A stretch of DNA of 63,974 bases, filler included, from Collodictyon triciliatum (Eukaryota): assembly GCA_043381765.1 (NCBI GenBank). It is 10 parts of 10 records of this genome, joined end to end, with 100 filler letters (N's around TTAATTAATTAA, not from the genome) between each part and the next. Parts side by side here need not be neighbours in the genome. Positions count along the whole stretch, not along the records: positions 52,363 to 62,371 come from JBHJMP010004474.1; positions 62,472 to 63,974 come from JBHJMP010004610.1; 8 more parts are not named here. The stretch is one strand, 5' to 3'. Below the pieces are notes generated by a model that was not told where the DNA came from, searched no databases, and saw only the letters and a program-made list of their open reading frames with translations. Below are positions 52,421-63,974 of this stretch, one piece after another (position 1 is the first letter of the stretch; each line of letters begins with the position of its first letter). The translations under genes and the position numbers were made by a program.

Positions 52421-52618
52421 AATAAAAAAAAAAAAAAAAACAATAAAAAACAATAAAAAACAATAAAAAACAATAAAAAACAATAAAAAAACAATAAAAA
52501 ACAATAAAAAAACAAAACAAAAAAACAAAACAAAAAAACAAAACAAAAAAACAAAACAAAAACACAAAAACAAAAGAAAAACAAAGATATACCCCATAAA
52601 AACTCATAGCGTTCGGGA

Positions 52619-55478
52619 ATGACGATCGGCCTTTCCTTTGCCCGCGCACTGGTTCAACAGTCTTCTGTGCGTTTGGGAAAGTCAGTTTTTTCGCCGTTGT
52701 GCAGAGAGCAGTATTACGCAACCCTCACAAACAAGGTAGAGTTCGTCTTTAGACATATTACTCCATTTTCTCTCTCTCTCTCTCGCTTTATTTTATCCTC
52801 CAATTAAAAAAAAACAACTGAAAGGTAAGCCTACGTATTCGTATACTTTATTTTTCTTCATCATCTAATTGCACAACATATATTGAGATCAAATTGCATA
52901 GCTTGTTATTTCCCATTTTCATTTATACGATCCAATTTGAGGGATATATCAAAATGCCCATTGAAATGCTCGGTGCCATTATTGAAAAAAAATATCACTC
53001 TATCAATTAGACACAACATCTTCAAGCCAAAGCAATATCTGTATCATTTGCCCGATTCTTTCATCAAAGCACACCTGGACTGAAGGAAATTGTCTTCAAA
53101 CTGACCGATGTTGGCGAAGGCATAGCTGAAGTTGAGGTTCTTCGTTGGTTTGTCAAGGAAGGAGATACCATCAAGCAGTTTGATAAGATTTGTGAGGTTC
53201 AGAGCGACAAAGCAAACGTGGAAATCACAAGTCGGTTTGATGGGAAAATACTTAAGCTTCACCACAGCAAAGGAGACATGGCCAAGGTGGGACAGCCGCT
53301 CATCACACTGGACGACGAATCAGAAAACGGCAATACCACTGATGGTTCTCAATCAACACAGTCATCTATCCACACAACACCATCTTTTCAATCCGACAGA
53401 ATCCACGCCCCAATGACCGGAAAGATTATTCCATTCAAACTGACCGATGTTGGCGAAGGAATAGCTGAAGTCGAGGTTCTCCGTTGGTTTGTCAAAGAAG
53501 GAGATGAAATCAAGCAGTTTGATAAGATTTGTGAGGTTCAGAGCGATAAAGCAAACGTGGAAATCACAAGTCGGTTTGATGGAAAGATTCGAAAGTTGCA
53601 TTACAACAAAGGTGAGATGGCCAAAGTGGGACAACCGCTTATCGACATCGAAAGCACAGAGCAAGTCCACACAACAGCCACAAGCGGCTCAGCCCACTCT
53701 TTATCACTTTCTCAATCTGGGGTGGATTTATCGTCTGCACAAAAGCTCGAGCAATCCTCAAAACATGGTAAAACACTTGCGTCGCCCGCAGTTCGTCGCT
53801 TGGCTCGAGAATATAAGGTCGACATTGCAAAGCTGAACGCAACTGGACGTGATGGTCGTGTTACAAAAGGGGATATATTAAACTTCGTCTCTAACCCTTC
53901 GGCCGTCATTGCTGCCTCTGACCAAACGCAATCATATATCGCACCAAAGGTATTCATCAAATTTATATTCCAATTTATCATTCATTAGCCCTTTTTTTTT
54001 CTTCTTTCAAGGGCATTTATCTTTTACTGGCTATTCGTTTTCAAAAAAAATATAAATATAAATAATATTGATGCTGGCAACAAATTATTTAGAAAAATGT
54101 TCATAGGATTATACATGTTTTTTTTCCCCTTAACCTTTATTTTTGTACCTACGAACAAATTCTATTGCAGCAGGTATCCAGTGTTATATCAGAACCTAAG
54201 TCATACCCAAGTGTGCAGACGTTTGTTTCTCAGAATTACGTGGCTCCCCCAGCACCGCAACCTGCACAGCCATCTAGTCAGCTATCAGTTTCGCCCGGTA
54301 TCAGTTTGGAGAAGGACCGAGTTATTCCAGTTCGCGGTTTGATGAGAACTATGATTAAAACAATGTCAGAGTCTCTGCAAATCCCTGCACTTGGATATTC
54401 TGATGAGATTAACATGAACGACCTCATAAAACTTCGGCTGGACCTGAAGCCAGTTGCCGAAAGCAAAGGAGTCAAAGTCACATTTATGCCTTTCCTCATC
54501 AAGGCCGTATCAATGGCTATCAACCAATATCCTATTATGAACTCGTCTATCTCCAAGGATATGGGTGAAATAACCATAAAAGTAAGCGTAATATTCTCTA
54601 AAAAAAAACAACATATTCATCAATTAATTAAACATATATTTTCCATACATATTAACGCTTTTTGTTTGTTTGTCTGTCAATATTCATTTGTGCATAAAAA
54701 TTTAACTTGAATCAGGCATCACACAATATTGGCGTCGCTATGGACACCCCAGCTGGGTTACTCGTGCCGAATATAAAGAATGTGCAATCAAAAAGCATCC
54801 TGGAACTTGCTCTGGAGCTAAATCGCTTGCAGAAGCTTGGAAAAGAAGGAAAGCTCTCCACGGCAGACCTTACTGGTAATAAAACAGCAATATATTGTTT
54901 AATATCTACATGAAGAAAAGAAAGATACAGGATGAGACTGAACGATTCGGTGTAGAATTTCTTTCAGATTTGCAGAATTTAATCATACGTGAATCATATC
55001 TTTATATACGCCTATCAAAGGGTGTCATAATTGCCGATTGCTTATTTTTCTCTCTGAATTCTTTAATTTACATGATTCAAACATTGTGAAGTCTCATACA
55101 TAAACATGAGCACACAGGCACTTTGTTGCTTGTTTATATCTTTTTCCCATCAAAAATATAAAATCTTTTTCTCATCTACCAATATTTCCTGGGTTGGCAC
55201 CATCAGGAGGCACACTCACTATTAGCAACATCGGAAACATCGGCGGGACTTATCTGCGACCGGTGATTCTGCCTCCCGAAGTCGCGATAGTTGCATTCGG
55301 CTCCATCCAGAAGCTTCCGCGCTACAACTCCAAGGAAGAAATCGTCCCACACCACATCATGACAGCCAGTTGGTCAGCAGACCACCGAGTCATTGAAGGA
55401 GCCACCATCGCCCGCTTCTCAAACGTCGTCCGTGACCTGCTTGAAAACCCGTCAAAGATGCTCCTTGAGTTGCGATGA
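52619..55478 (+). CDS. DBT: Branched-chain alpha-ketoacid dehydrogenase E2 (dihydrolipoamide branched-chain acyltransferase) with two lipoyl domains
   Basis: Transit-peptide-like N-terminus; two copies of [19 protein letters not shown]3-binding [23 protein letters not shown]; catalytic domain [23 protein letters not shown]. Confidence 0.95.
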
Positions 55479-56221
55479 AGCCTGCATGCAGACCCTCATT
55501 TTTAGGCGCTCGATACACAGACGGCTTTGCCAGCTTAACGCCCTTATGATTCTGCATTCTCGTTCTATGTTTCTGTTTCTGTTTCTGTTTCGTGTGTTGT
55601 GTTTCTTGGGCGATTCTCCTTGTCATCGGCTTGGTTAGAAAAATGAAAAGAAACACCGCCCCTGCTGTGCTTGTGAGGAGCGAGAGTCTTTGGAGCAGCC
55701 TCCCACTCAACACTTTCTCTTTCCTTTCTTCAGCTTCTGATTCTTTTCAATCCCTTCTAAAGACATGATAAAGTGGAAAAGGGTCGTAGTTCGCCGCTAC
55801 TCTCTCGATATAGAAGCAGATGTAGTTTTTTTTTTAAGACAGCGTTGACGTTTCAATAATCTTTTGCCTCGTAATAAGATGAAATCAACGGGTGAGTTTT
55901 AGGTGGTAGTACAGACAGCCACATCCTTTATTTAGTAATCTGCTTGGTTTGCAAGAGCTTTCCTATTTTTCATATTCTGCACCATTCCATCTAACAGACC
56001 AATCAATAATCACATCAGCCAGATTTATGCATTGGCGATGGAAAATAGCACCTCGTGGAACATAACACATCGTCGACTACAGGATTATGAATATGAGGGG
56101 GAACATACAAAGAATTTAACCAAATGCTTCATATTCATTTTATATATTTATTTATTTTTTTGGGTGGCATTCTGGGTTGATGGACAAGAGGAGGATAAGA
56201 AACATACACGAGCAAGATACA

Positions 56222-58668
56222 CTACGAGTCGACAGCCAAAGCAGACGAGTCTGATTTGCTCGCACAGGCGAAGTTTGAGGGAGGGAATTCGCTCACAGTG
56301 CTTTCTCCGTGGGATGCAGGATGTTCTTGCTCATCAGAAGCCTGTTCCTGTTTGCGGGTGGCCTCCAGTTTGACAAGGTATTCCTCGTGCTCTAGGACAG
56401 ACTGATTACGTCTGCGGAGCGCTTCCACCATCAAGTCTGCTGCACACTTGTCTCGGCTTCGAATCAGTTCCTCTCCCAAGTACCGGCGGAAGACTGCCAA
56501 GTGTCAAAATAAGTGCCGTTTAATTGGTTATATTATAACGAGATGGCTATAATTTTTTTTTTTATTAGACGAATTTCATTCTCGAATGGCAAGAGAGGGG
56601 GGATTAATACAAAAAACAAAAAGACAAAAAGACAAAAAGACAAAAAACAAAAATCATTTTAAATTAACAATAACAACAATGCTTGACGAAAATATTAGTA
56701 TGTACGTTTTCCTCCTCGTTGATTATAGAAAAGATTGAATGTTGGGCGAACGAGAATATGGTTGGTGATGCGGGGCTCGTCGATTTGAACTTGTCTGCAA
56801 TACTCGGCATATTTTTCAAGCACCTAACTCATTATTTAAAAGGGGAAATTACCAAAAAGAAGAGAGACATGGAGGCCTACAATTACTTAAATAAAAATAA
56901 TATATCCGAGATTCATGTAACTAAATACATATTTTTGAATATTTTTATCCCAAAAAAAAGTTGTGGTTGCGCTTTCACCATATAATAGAATCACGTATCA
57001 GGTTCATTTTCTTATGAAATGGAAACCTGTTACAAGTAAGGATAACTTACATCTTCTCGCCGAAGTCCGACAGAGTTTACATCCGGGTCGAGAACAGCAG
57101 GATTTCCGGGAAATCCATCATCCCTCAAGTAAAGTTCATCAAAGTGAGCAAAGAACCACGGATTTTCATAGGCCGCACGACCAATCATCACACCATTAAG
57201 GTTGGGAGATGACATGTGCTCAACGATTTGAGAATGCGATTTTATACCTCCATTAAGAGAAAACTAAGCAAGATAAATTGAGGTAAATTCAAGTGGTGTA
57301 TACTCCGACTGAAAGAAGATAAAGAAACAAGCACCCGAGATCTTTTGAGAAAAAATGGTGGTTCAAGGGTGAGTTGATTTACCTTTAAATGAGGGAAATC
57401 TCTTATGAGCTGATAAACAAACTCATATTTCAACGGTGGGATGTTTCGGTTCTATAAATATCAATGTAAGTCCTTGGGATTTTTGTTTTCATTTCATACA
57501 TACCTCACAAGATGAAAAAAAATGATGCAAATTTGTATTTGCCTGTTCTGGGCTGAGTCCCTTTAAATGTGCCTTTCTTGCATGAATTATAAAGTGATCC
57601 ACCAACCGGCCGCCATCTTATGAACCATCCCGAATTCATAAGGTTTGGAATCAAGATAAGACAACAGCACGACAAATACAAACACACATCTATGCAAAAC
57701 AATCGATTGCGTAAAAGTAACACCTGAGACCGTTTGAATAAAGTTATGAAGACTTTCATATGTATCGATATTGTCAACGCCGATTCTACACTTGACAGTA
57801 AAAGGTAAGTCGACACTCTGCCTTGCTTTTTCAGCAATCGACCGGACCAGCTTTAATATTGGATTGAAAGTTAATGAAATGTAAGAAGGTACGTATAGAT
57901 AATAAACAAGTAACTGAACTGGATGCACAAAGCACATCATCATACTCATAAATGATTGATTCAAATATGAAAGTATTTGACATGGAACATGAACCTCGGG
58001 TGTAAGCATAAGACAGGCTCCAAATCCACGCTTTCCAACTCTGTCACTTGGACAGCCACAGTTCAAATTGATTTCTCGATAACCTAGATCAAATGAATCA
58101 TTACTCAACATGAATGTCTTATTTTTTTTTTTTTTGGAAAAGGTCTGCTAGAGTTACAAAAATGAATTTCCTCTATTCTAATAAATATTTCTCTATATTA
58201 ATGTAATATTATGTAAAAAAAAAAGTGTTCATAGTCCAACAATATAACCACGTAAAGCATCTAATATAGGAGGGTGATAGTATAATTTTTTTAAAGAGAA
58301 AACCATAGTCACGGCAGATTTTTGCAGCCTCAGATATCTCATCAGGGTCATTTCCCCCGAGTTGGATGACAAGTGGCTCTTCCACTGGAGAGAAGGATAA
58401 GAAAGGGCGAAGATTGTGCCTTTGAAATAGTAGAGTTTGGTCGACAACCATCTGCATACCGATTGTTAATCATAAGTTGCAAGGTTTATATTACAAATGA
58501 GATAAGAGTTCTGTAAATGGACTGCATATTTTGATATTGAATACCAGAGTATTAACACACATGAAAGAACATAATGTGGTCACCTCGGTATACAGAATGG
58601 ACTTGCGAGTTATGAGCCGCATAAAAAAGCGAAAATGGCGGTCGGTGCAGTCTAGCATAGGTGCCACG
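56222..58668 (-). CDS. dusA: tRNA-dihydrouridine(20/20a) synthase, DusA-type; 5' exon unresolved
   Basis: [88 protein letters not shown]. Confidence 0.93.
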
Positions 58669-58674
58669 CTGTTC

Positions 58675-58776
<102 letters not shown>

Positions 58777-59114
58777 NNNNNNNNNNNNNNNNNNNNNNNN
58801 NNNNNNNNNNNNNNNNNNNNNNNNNNNNNNNNNNNNNNNNNNNNNNNNNNNNNNNNNNNNNNNNNNNNNNNNNNNNNNNNNNNNNNNNNNNNNNNNNNNN
58901 NNNNNNNNNNNNNNNNNNNNNNNNNNNNNNNNNNNNNNNNNNNNNNNNNNNNNNNNNNNNNNNNNNNNNNNNNNNNNNNNNNNNNNNNNNNNNNNNNNNN
59001 NNNNNNNNNNNNNNNNNNNNNNNNNNNNNNNNNNNNNNNNNNNNNNNNNNNNNNNNNNNNNNNNNNNNNNNNNNNNNNNNNNNNNNNNNNNNNNNNNNNN
59101 NNNNNNNNNNNNNN

Positions 59115-59194
<80 letters not shown>

Positions 59195-59799
59195 AACAAA
59201 GTGAAACAAAAAGAGAAACAAAAAGAGAAACAAAAAGAGAAACAAAAAGAGAAACAAAAAGAGAAACAAAAAGAGAAACAAAAAAATAAGGGCAAAGAAA
59301 TGAAGTAGGAACTATGTCACTCATTCGAGCCTAACTGAAAGGACTTTGATGCGCCTGTTCATTCATATAAATGCTACGTTTCTTTCAGGCAGCGCAAGTT
59401 CTCAGGACACGGACATAAGATAGGCACAAGACTTGTTGAGACGAATCCCGAGTGAAAAAAAAAGGTGCCTCTATTCATTCTTCATTGAACTATACACAGC
59501 TGGGGCTTATGTTATGTGGGCTTGAATTCTTGGCACGCGCTTCTTTTCTTTTTCATGCGTCTGGCATTGGTGCATAATCAAAGTTCTCCAACTAATATTA
59601 GTCTTGTACTGCTCGATAAGAAGCTCAAAACATGGCGATTATAACTGTGTTTATGATGGAGCGACTGCAATGCATCCAATATACCAAGATTCTATCGGCC
59701 GTTCTCTCAAATTCCTTATCGACACAGTGGTCGCGGACATATCTTGAGGCAACAGCCAAAAGACATATAAAGTGCAACTATCAGGGCAATGATAGTGTT

Positions 59800-60545
59800 A
59801 TTTCTGTGAGCGAATTATGTTTGGCTTTCAGGATGGACTTATGTTTCCAGGAAACATTGCGTGGAAGCCACCGTCATATCCACTCAAGTATCTTGTCATC
59901 ATATTCGGTCCACAATCGGATAGCAAATGGACAAGCCTGGTTGAGGACATCAAGTCGAAAATATCAGTGTGGAGCAACTTTCATCTTTCGGATGTCGGGG
60001 AAAGTAAGGTTGTGGAACCAAGTGATGGTGTCGACCCTTATCTACAACATGAAAGGCACTTTGCTGAATCTCCAGAGGCTGGAAGAGCTGGAAGACATCT
60101 GCCGCAACTTCATCACTACGAGTAATCAAAAATAAAAAAAAAAAATAAAAAAACTGAAAGCAAGTCCGAACATATCTCAGCTACTCCCGAAACATCACGC
60201 CCTACTTCTCAATATCTCCAACAGAGAGCTGTGGATAGGTGCGCGTGTAGTCCATGCAGCAACGACCTCTCCAGAATGCAACATGTGCCATAGTGGAGAT
60301 GACTATCGAACACACATTTGTGAAGTGCTCTCTGGCTCAAAAAATGACAGAATCTACCCACAAGATGCTCTCTCAGCTTGATTATGCTCCCAACCGACTC
60401 AGCGCGTCTGACATCCTGTTTGGCCCACAATATCAAATGACCCACAACTCTAGAGTACTCTGGACAGTCACAAGGGGACATATGCTGTGGTTCTTATGGA
60501 GTGTGCGTGCATTCTCTCGCTCCAATGCTTCGTCCAAACGAGAGG
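59800..60545 (+). mobile_element. Decayed L1/Tx1-clade LINE ORF2 fragment (RT thumb region plus CCHC zinc knuckle) with an internal deletion
   Basis: PLKYLVIIFG..WTSLVEDIKSKISVWSNFHLSDVG, then after a frameshift NQVMVSTLIYNM; PECNMCH, then after a frameshift TIEHTFVKC; MLWFLWSVR. An A-rich patch at 60126-60152 replaces the intervening part. Confidence 0.8.
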
Positions 60546-60812
60546 CAGAAGCATACAGATTTACGGATGCATAAACCATATCTGACTGTGTTTTCCTCAT
60601 CCGCCCGTTGCGTTTATGTTTCCTTGTGGGCGCACCTCCACCCGAACGCACAGTGTCAGTTACCTGTTTCAGGCTTCCTGCAAGGCGAGTCACTTTCTCC
60701 ACTCGAGTGTTACGGATACCACGCATTTCCATGGATTCGGAGCTAATCCTTATTCTTCTCCTGATATTTCCTTTATTTTCGTGCGTCCTGCTGTCCTTCT
60801 TCCGCACCTCGA

Positions 60813-62029
60813 TTAAGAAGAGGAGGGCTGGCTTTGTGCAGCCTTCTTTTCGCGCTCTTTTTGTTCCTTCTCCGCTTCGATCTCAGCGACATACTGGTCG
60901 ACCTAAAGATATAGCCATGGCATATGTCATGATTAAGAGTCAAATTCACAGAAGTAAAAAGAAGGAAGTGAATACATTAATACGAAAAAATAAGTAGAAG
61001 GAAAGAAGGAGGGGATAATATTATTACACATAGGCGCAGAGATTACATTCCACGGGAACAAAAGAGAGTGGGATGACTTTCGTCATTGATGATTAGATTA
61101 CCTTCTCATCCTCGAGAATGATGAGAGGCTGGTTGAACCGGACGATGCCAACTTCAATATTTTTGCTAGCAGACTCGACAACCTATTTAATTTTGATACT
61201 GTTATGATTAAAATAATTTAAATAAATAAGTAATCACACGTGATGTGAAAGGATATGGCTAGTGGCTGCTTTGTTGAGTTAATAGACATTTATTAACTAA
61301 AGTTATGATATGGTCACCTCCATGAGCGCCTGAATGGCAAGTTTGATTGTGCTTTCATCTCCTTCATCGGTATAGTTCTTTTCAAGGAATTCTCGGACAT
61401 TCTTCGCACTTCTGCCGATGACATTTGCCTAAAAAGCAAACAAATAAAATAAAAATAAAGAACAATGGAAGAGATCAATAATTATGCCAGCATCAGATTT
61501 CTTGTCATTTTTGTGTGTCTGTGTATGCTAATTGGTTACCTATTTCATTTTTTCTGAGCAAAAAGACAAATAAGAAAATGAATAACGAGCATATTACAGA
61601 GCTTTGAATCAAATAAAGGAAAAATAAATATATTACAGAGAAAAAAATATAGCTTAATGGGGGAGTATAGAAGACCTTCCAGGCAGAGTATGTACCAGCA
61701 GGATCGGTTTGGTACAGACGTGGAGTTCCGTCAGAATCGAAGCCCGCGATCAGGGTCGAAATACCAAGAGGCCGGACACCTCCACTCTGGGTGTATTTCT
61801 ACACGAAGAAGAGAGCAATGAGTATACTCTTAAAAGACTGATACATGATTATATGTCGCTTCTATATTGTCTTGCTGTTTTCTTTTGCATCAGTAAGCTT
61901 GTTATATTAAGACTGTCTTAATTCATCTCCCATATTACCTGCTGAACACCAGCCAGGTAGCGAGTAAGATAGTCGATGGATGGAGCATCTTCAAAACTCA
62001 GACGGTGGCTTTGGCATTCCAAACGAGCC
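60813..62029 (-). CDS. PSMA7: 20S proteasome subunit alpha-4, 5'-truncated
   Basis: Exons [14 protein letters not shown]..|[54 protein letters not shown]..|[11 protein letters not shown].. Confidence 0.96.
61591..61640 (+). mobile_element. 28-nt retroposon stub with perfect 11-bp TSD in a PSMA7 intron
   Basis: ATATTACAGAG at 61591-61601 and 61630-61640 flank CTTTGAATCAAATAAAGGAAAAATAAAT. Confidence 0.85.
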
Positions 62030-62108
62030 CTACACGGACAAAAACTCGGTTAACCCTTGACATCATAACCAGGAAGATTTGAACATTGCTAGAGCCAAGC
62101 ACTATGCG

Positions 62109-62371
62109 TAAGAGTGTAAGAGTGTAAGAGTGTAAGAGTGTAAGAGTGTAAGAGTGTAAGAGTGTAAGAGTGTAAGAGTGTAAGAGTGTAAGAGAGTAAG
62201 AGAGTAAGAGAGTAAGAGAGTAAGAGAGTAAGAGAGTAAGAGAGTAAGAGAGTAAGAGACTAAGAAAGTAAGAAAGTAAGAGAGTAAGAGAGTAAGAGAG
62301 TAAGAGAGTAAGAGAGTAAGAGAGTAAGAGAGTAAGAGAGTAAGAGAGTAAGAGAGTAAGAGAGTAAGAGA
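62109..62371. repeat. (TAAGAGTG)n grading into (TAAGAGAG)n tandem repeat
   Basis: 8-bp units read directly; intronic, at a contig end. Confidence 0.9.
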
Positions 62372-62471
62372 NNNNNNNNNNNNNNNNNNNNNNNNNNNNN
62401 NNNNNNNNNNNNNNNTTAATTAATTAANNNNNNNNNNNNNNNNNNNNNNNNNNNNNNNNNNNNNNNNNNNN

Positions 62472-62742
62472 CATTCTTCGCTACTCTGACCGCAAGCGAA
62501 GAGAGATGTGGGAATGTGTCGTAAGATATCTCCCACAGCATATCCAACCCCTGCTACCTACGCAACCAATCAACCAGTTGGGACGCCCACCTGACCAGCT
62601 CGCTATCACTGATTTATTTCCAGTGCTAGCCTCTCCACAGTAGTGTCTTCTCCTACTCGCGTTTGCTCTCTATCATGCGCTCCCATCCCGACCCTTTGTA
62701 TGGCATAACCTCGCTACACTTTGAATCGGATAAAGGAAAAAA
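62472..62742 (+). mobile_element. Longest copy of the retroposon 3' end (cut by the contig start): ORF tail, short 3' UTR, A-tail
   Basis: Open frame ILRYSDRKRREMWECVVRYLPQHIQPLLPTQPINQLGRPPDQLAITDLFPVLASPQ*, then about 95 nt ending CTTTGAATCGGATAAAGGAAAAAA. Confidence 0.88.
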
Positions 62743-62827
62743 CAAAAACAAATATAAAACAGAAAATGCCCTTCGGTTTCTTTTAGATTTTTGCTATGGT
62801 TTTTAACAATCTTTATAGTGGTTTTCA

Positions 62828-62893
<66 letters not shown>

Positions 62894-63020
62894 CTCATGG
62901 GAACGGGGTGCTATGGAGATGTTATTACAATATTCTTTATGCCTTTTCCTTACGTTCGAAAGTTAGGAATTGGGGCCTGAATAGAGAAGAGGAAAGATTG
63001 AGCGACGCTTCGAAAGCGCT

Positions 63021-63868
63021 TTAGCTCAAGAGTTGAACACTTGCTCGCTGGATGCGTTTGTCAGTGTGCGCTATCAATGCGAGAATCTGAGATCCATACT
63101 TTGTTACTGTTTCTATCTCTGCGTCAGTTATGAAAGAATATTGGTATTAATTAAAAAGGGAAGGGAGTATGGCCTCACATCATCACCACGAGTAGAAAAA
63201 TAGCGAGTAAATTTTCAGACACATATAAATGTCATATGCATATAGTAGTTATAATTGATGTACTATCCTAAGGGATTGTTCAGTACCCATGAGTGGAATG
63301 GCCTTAAGAGACTCCAAGTCTCGTGGAATTGCAGTGACAATGTGTGTGATAGCGAGGTCAGATAGTATAGGCGCTTTTCGGTAACTAGCAAACTACACGT
63401 TAAAGAATATGTGAAAAAAAAAACATTAATTGGTGAATTAAAAGGCGACAGTATGAAAAGAAAAAAAGGCAGATATATAGAATCTATCAGGAAAAGTTGT
63501 AAAATAAGCGCCTCATTGAAATTTACTCAATCTTGGTAATTGGTGCATACCTCGCTTTTTAATGCTTTAAACAATTCACTCTTAAAAAGCCCCTCCTTAT
63601 CATGCTGTTCCACTTTGAATGTATATATATATATATATTAAGTGATAACAGATAGTAATGATATTTTGAAATAATAATAATAACAACAATAATAAAGATA
63701 AAGATAAGAAAATAAAAATAATAAAGATAAAACTATTGTACGTGTGGTATAGCTCGGAAAAACTGAGATGGGAAGAAAAGACATAGCAGGATTACCTTTG
63801 GTTCTATTTTCACACATATCACAACTAGACTCACAATTGTGGCTTCTCCAGTGGTCATCTCCTAAGCT
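63021..63868 (-). CDS. 3' exons of a RecQ-like helicase (end of Zn-binding region plus HRDC domain)
   Basis: SLGDD..NCESSCDMC resembles the RecQ FGE..C..CDNC motif; ILSDLAITHIVTAIPRDLESLKAIPLM|EIETVTKYGSQILALI resembles HRDC. Confidence 0.55.
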
Positions 63869-63974
63869 CTGTGGAGTGTTAATGAAGTTAAAAAAAAAAA
63901 AAAAAAAAAAGGAAAAGTTAAAAAAAAAAATTACCAAAAAAAATTTTAAAAAAAATTGGAGAAAGTAAATAAAA

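Noticed and set aside
62109-62371. Possible telomeric repeat
   Set aside because: The 8-bp unit drifts in sequence and lies in a PSMA7 intron; the contig merely breaks there.

Overview
Intron-rich nuclear DNA of a eukaryote, probably a flagellated, mitochondriate protist; the standard code fits every exon I reconstructed. The window is about 10 unrelated short contigs, most about 6.4 kb and roughly size-sorted, joined by artificial 100-nt N-TTAATTAATTAA-N linkers, so adjacency across linkers means nothing. Genes reconstructed by hand-splicing: a Kelch/CUB/Cys-rich receptor TKL kinase, a secreted WD40-(SK/SR)n-FG-GAP protein, an axonemal dynein light-chain domain protein, CCT8, a giant extracellular-WD40/Cys-rich/multi-TM receptor-like protein, a GRAM-ELMO protein, a 950-aa internally duplicated membrane protein, PRA1, a sterol desaturase-family enzyme, plant-type FKBP12, a divergent EF-hand protein, TM9SF, BCKDH E2 with two lipoyl domains, DusA, PSMA7 and a RecQ-like C-terminus. 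Two signals stand out. First, a family of signal-peptide-bearing WD40 propeller proteins in both secreted and receptor form. Second, a non-LTR retroposon family with about 9-10 copies, many only 17-45 nt long but still flanked by target-site duplications at TT|AT sites, alongside two decayed L1/Tx1-type ORF2 fragments.
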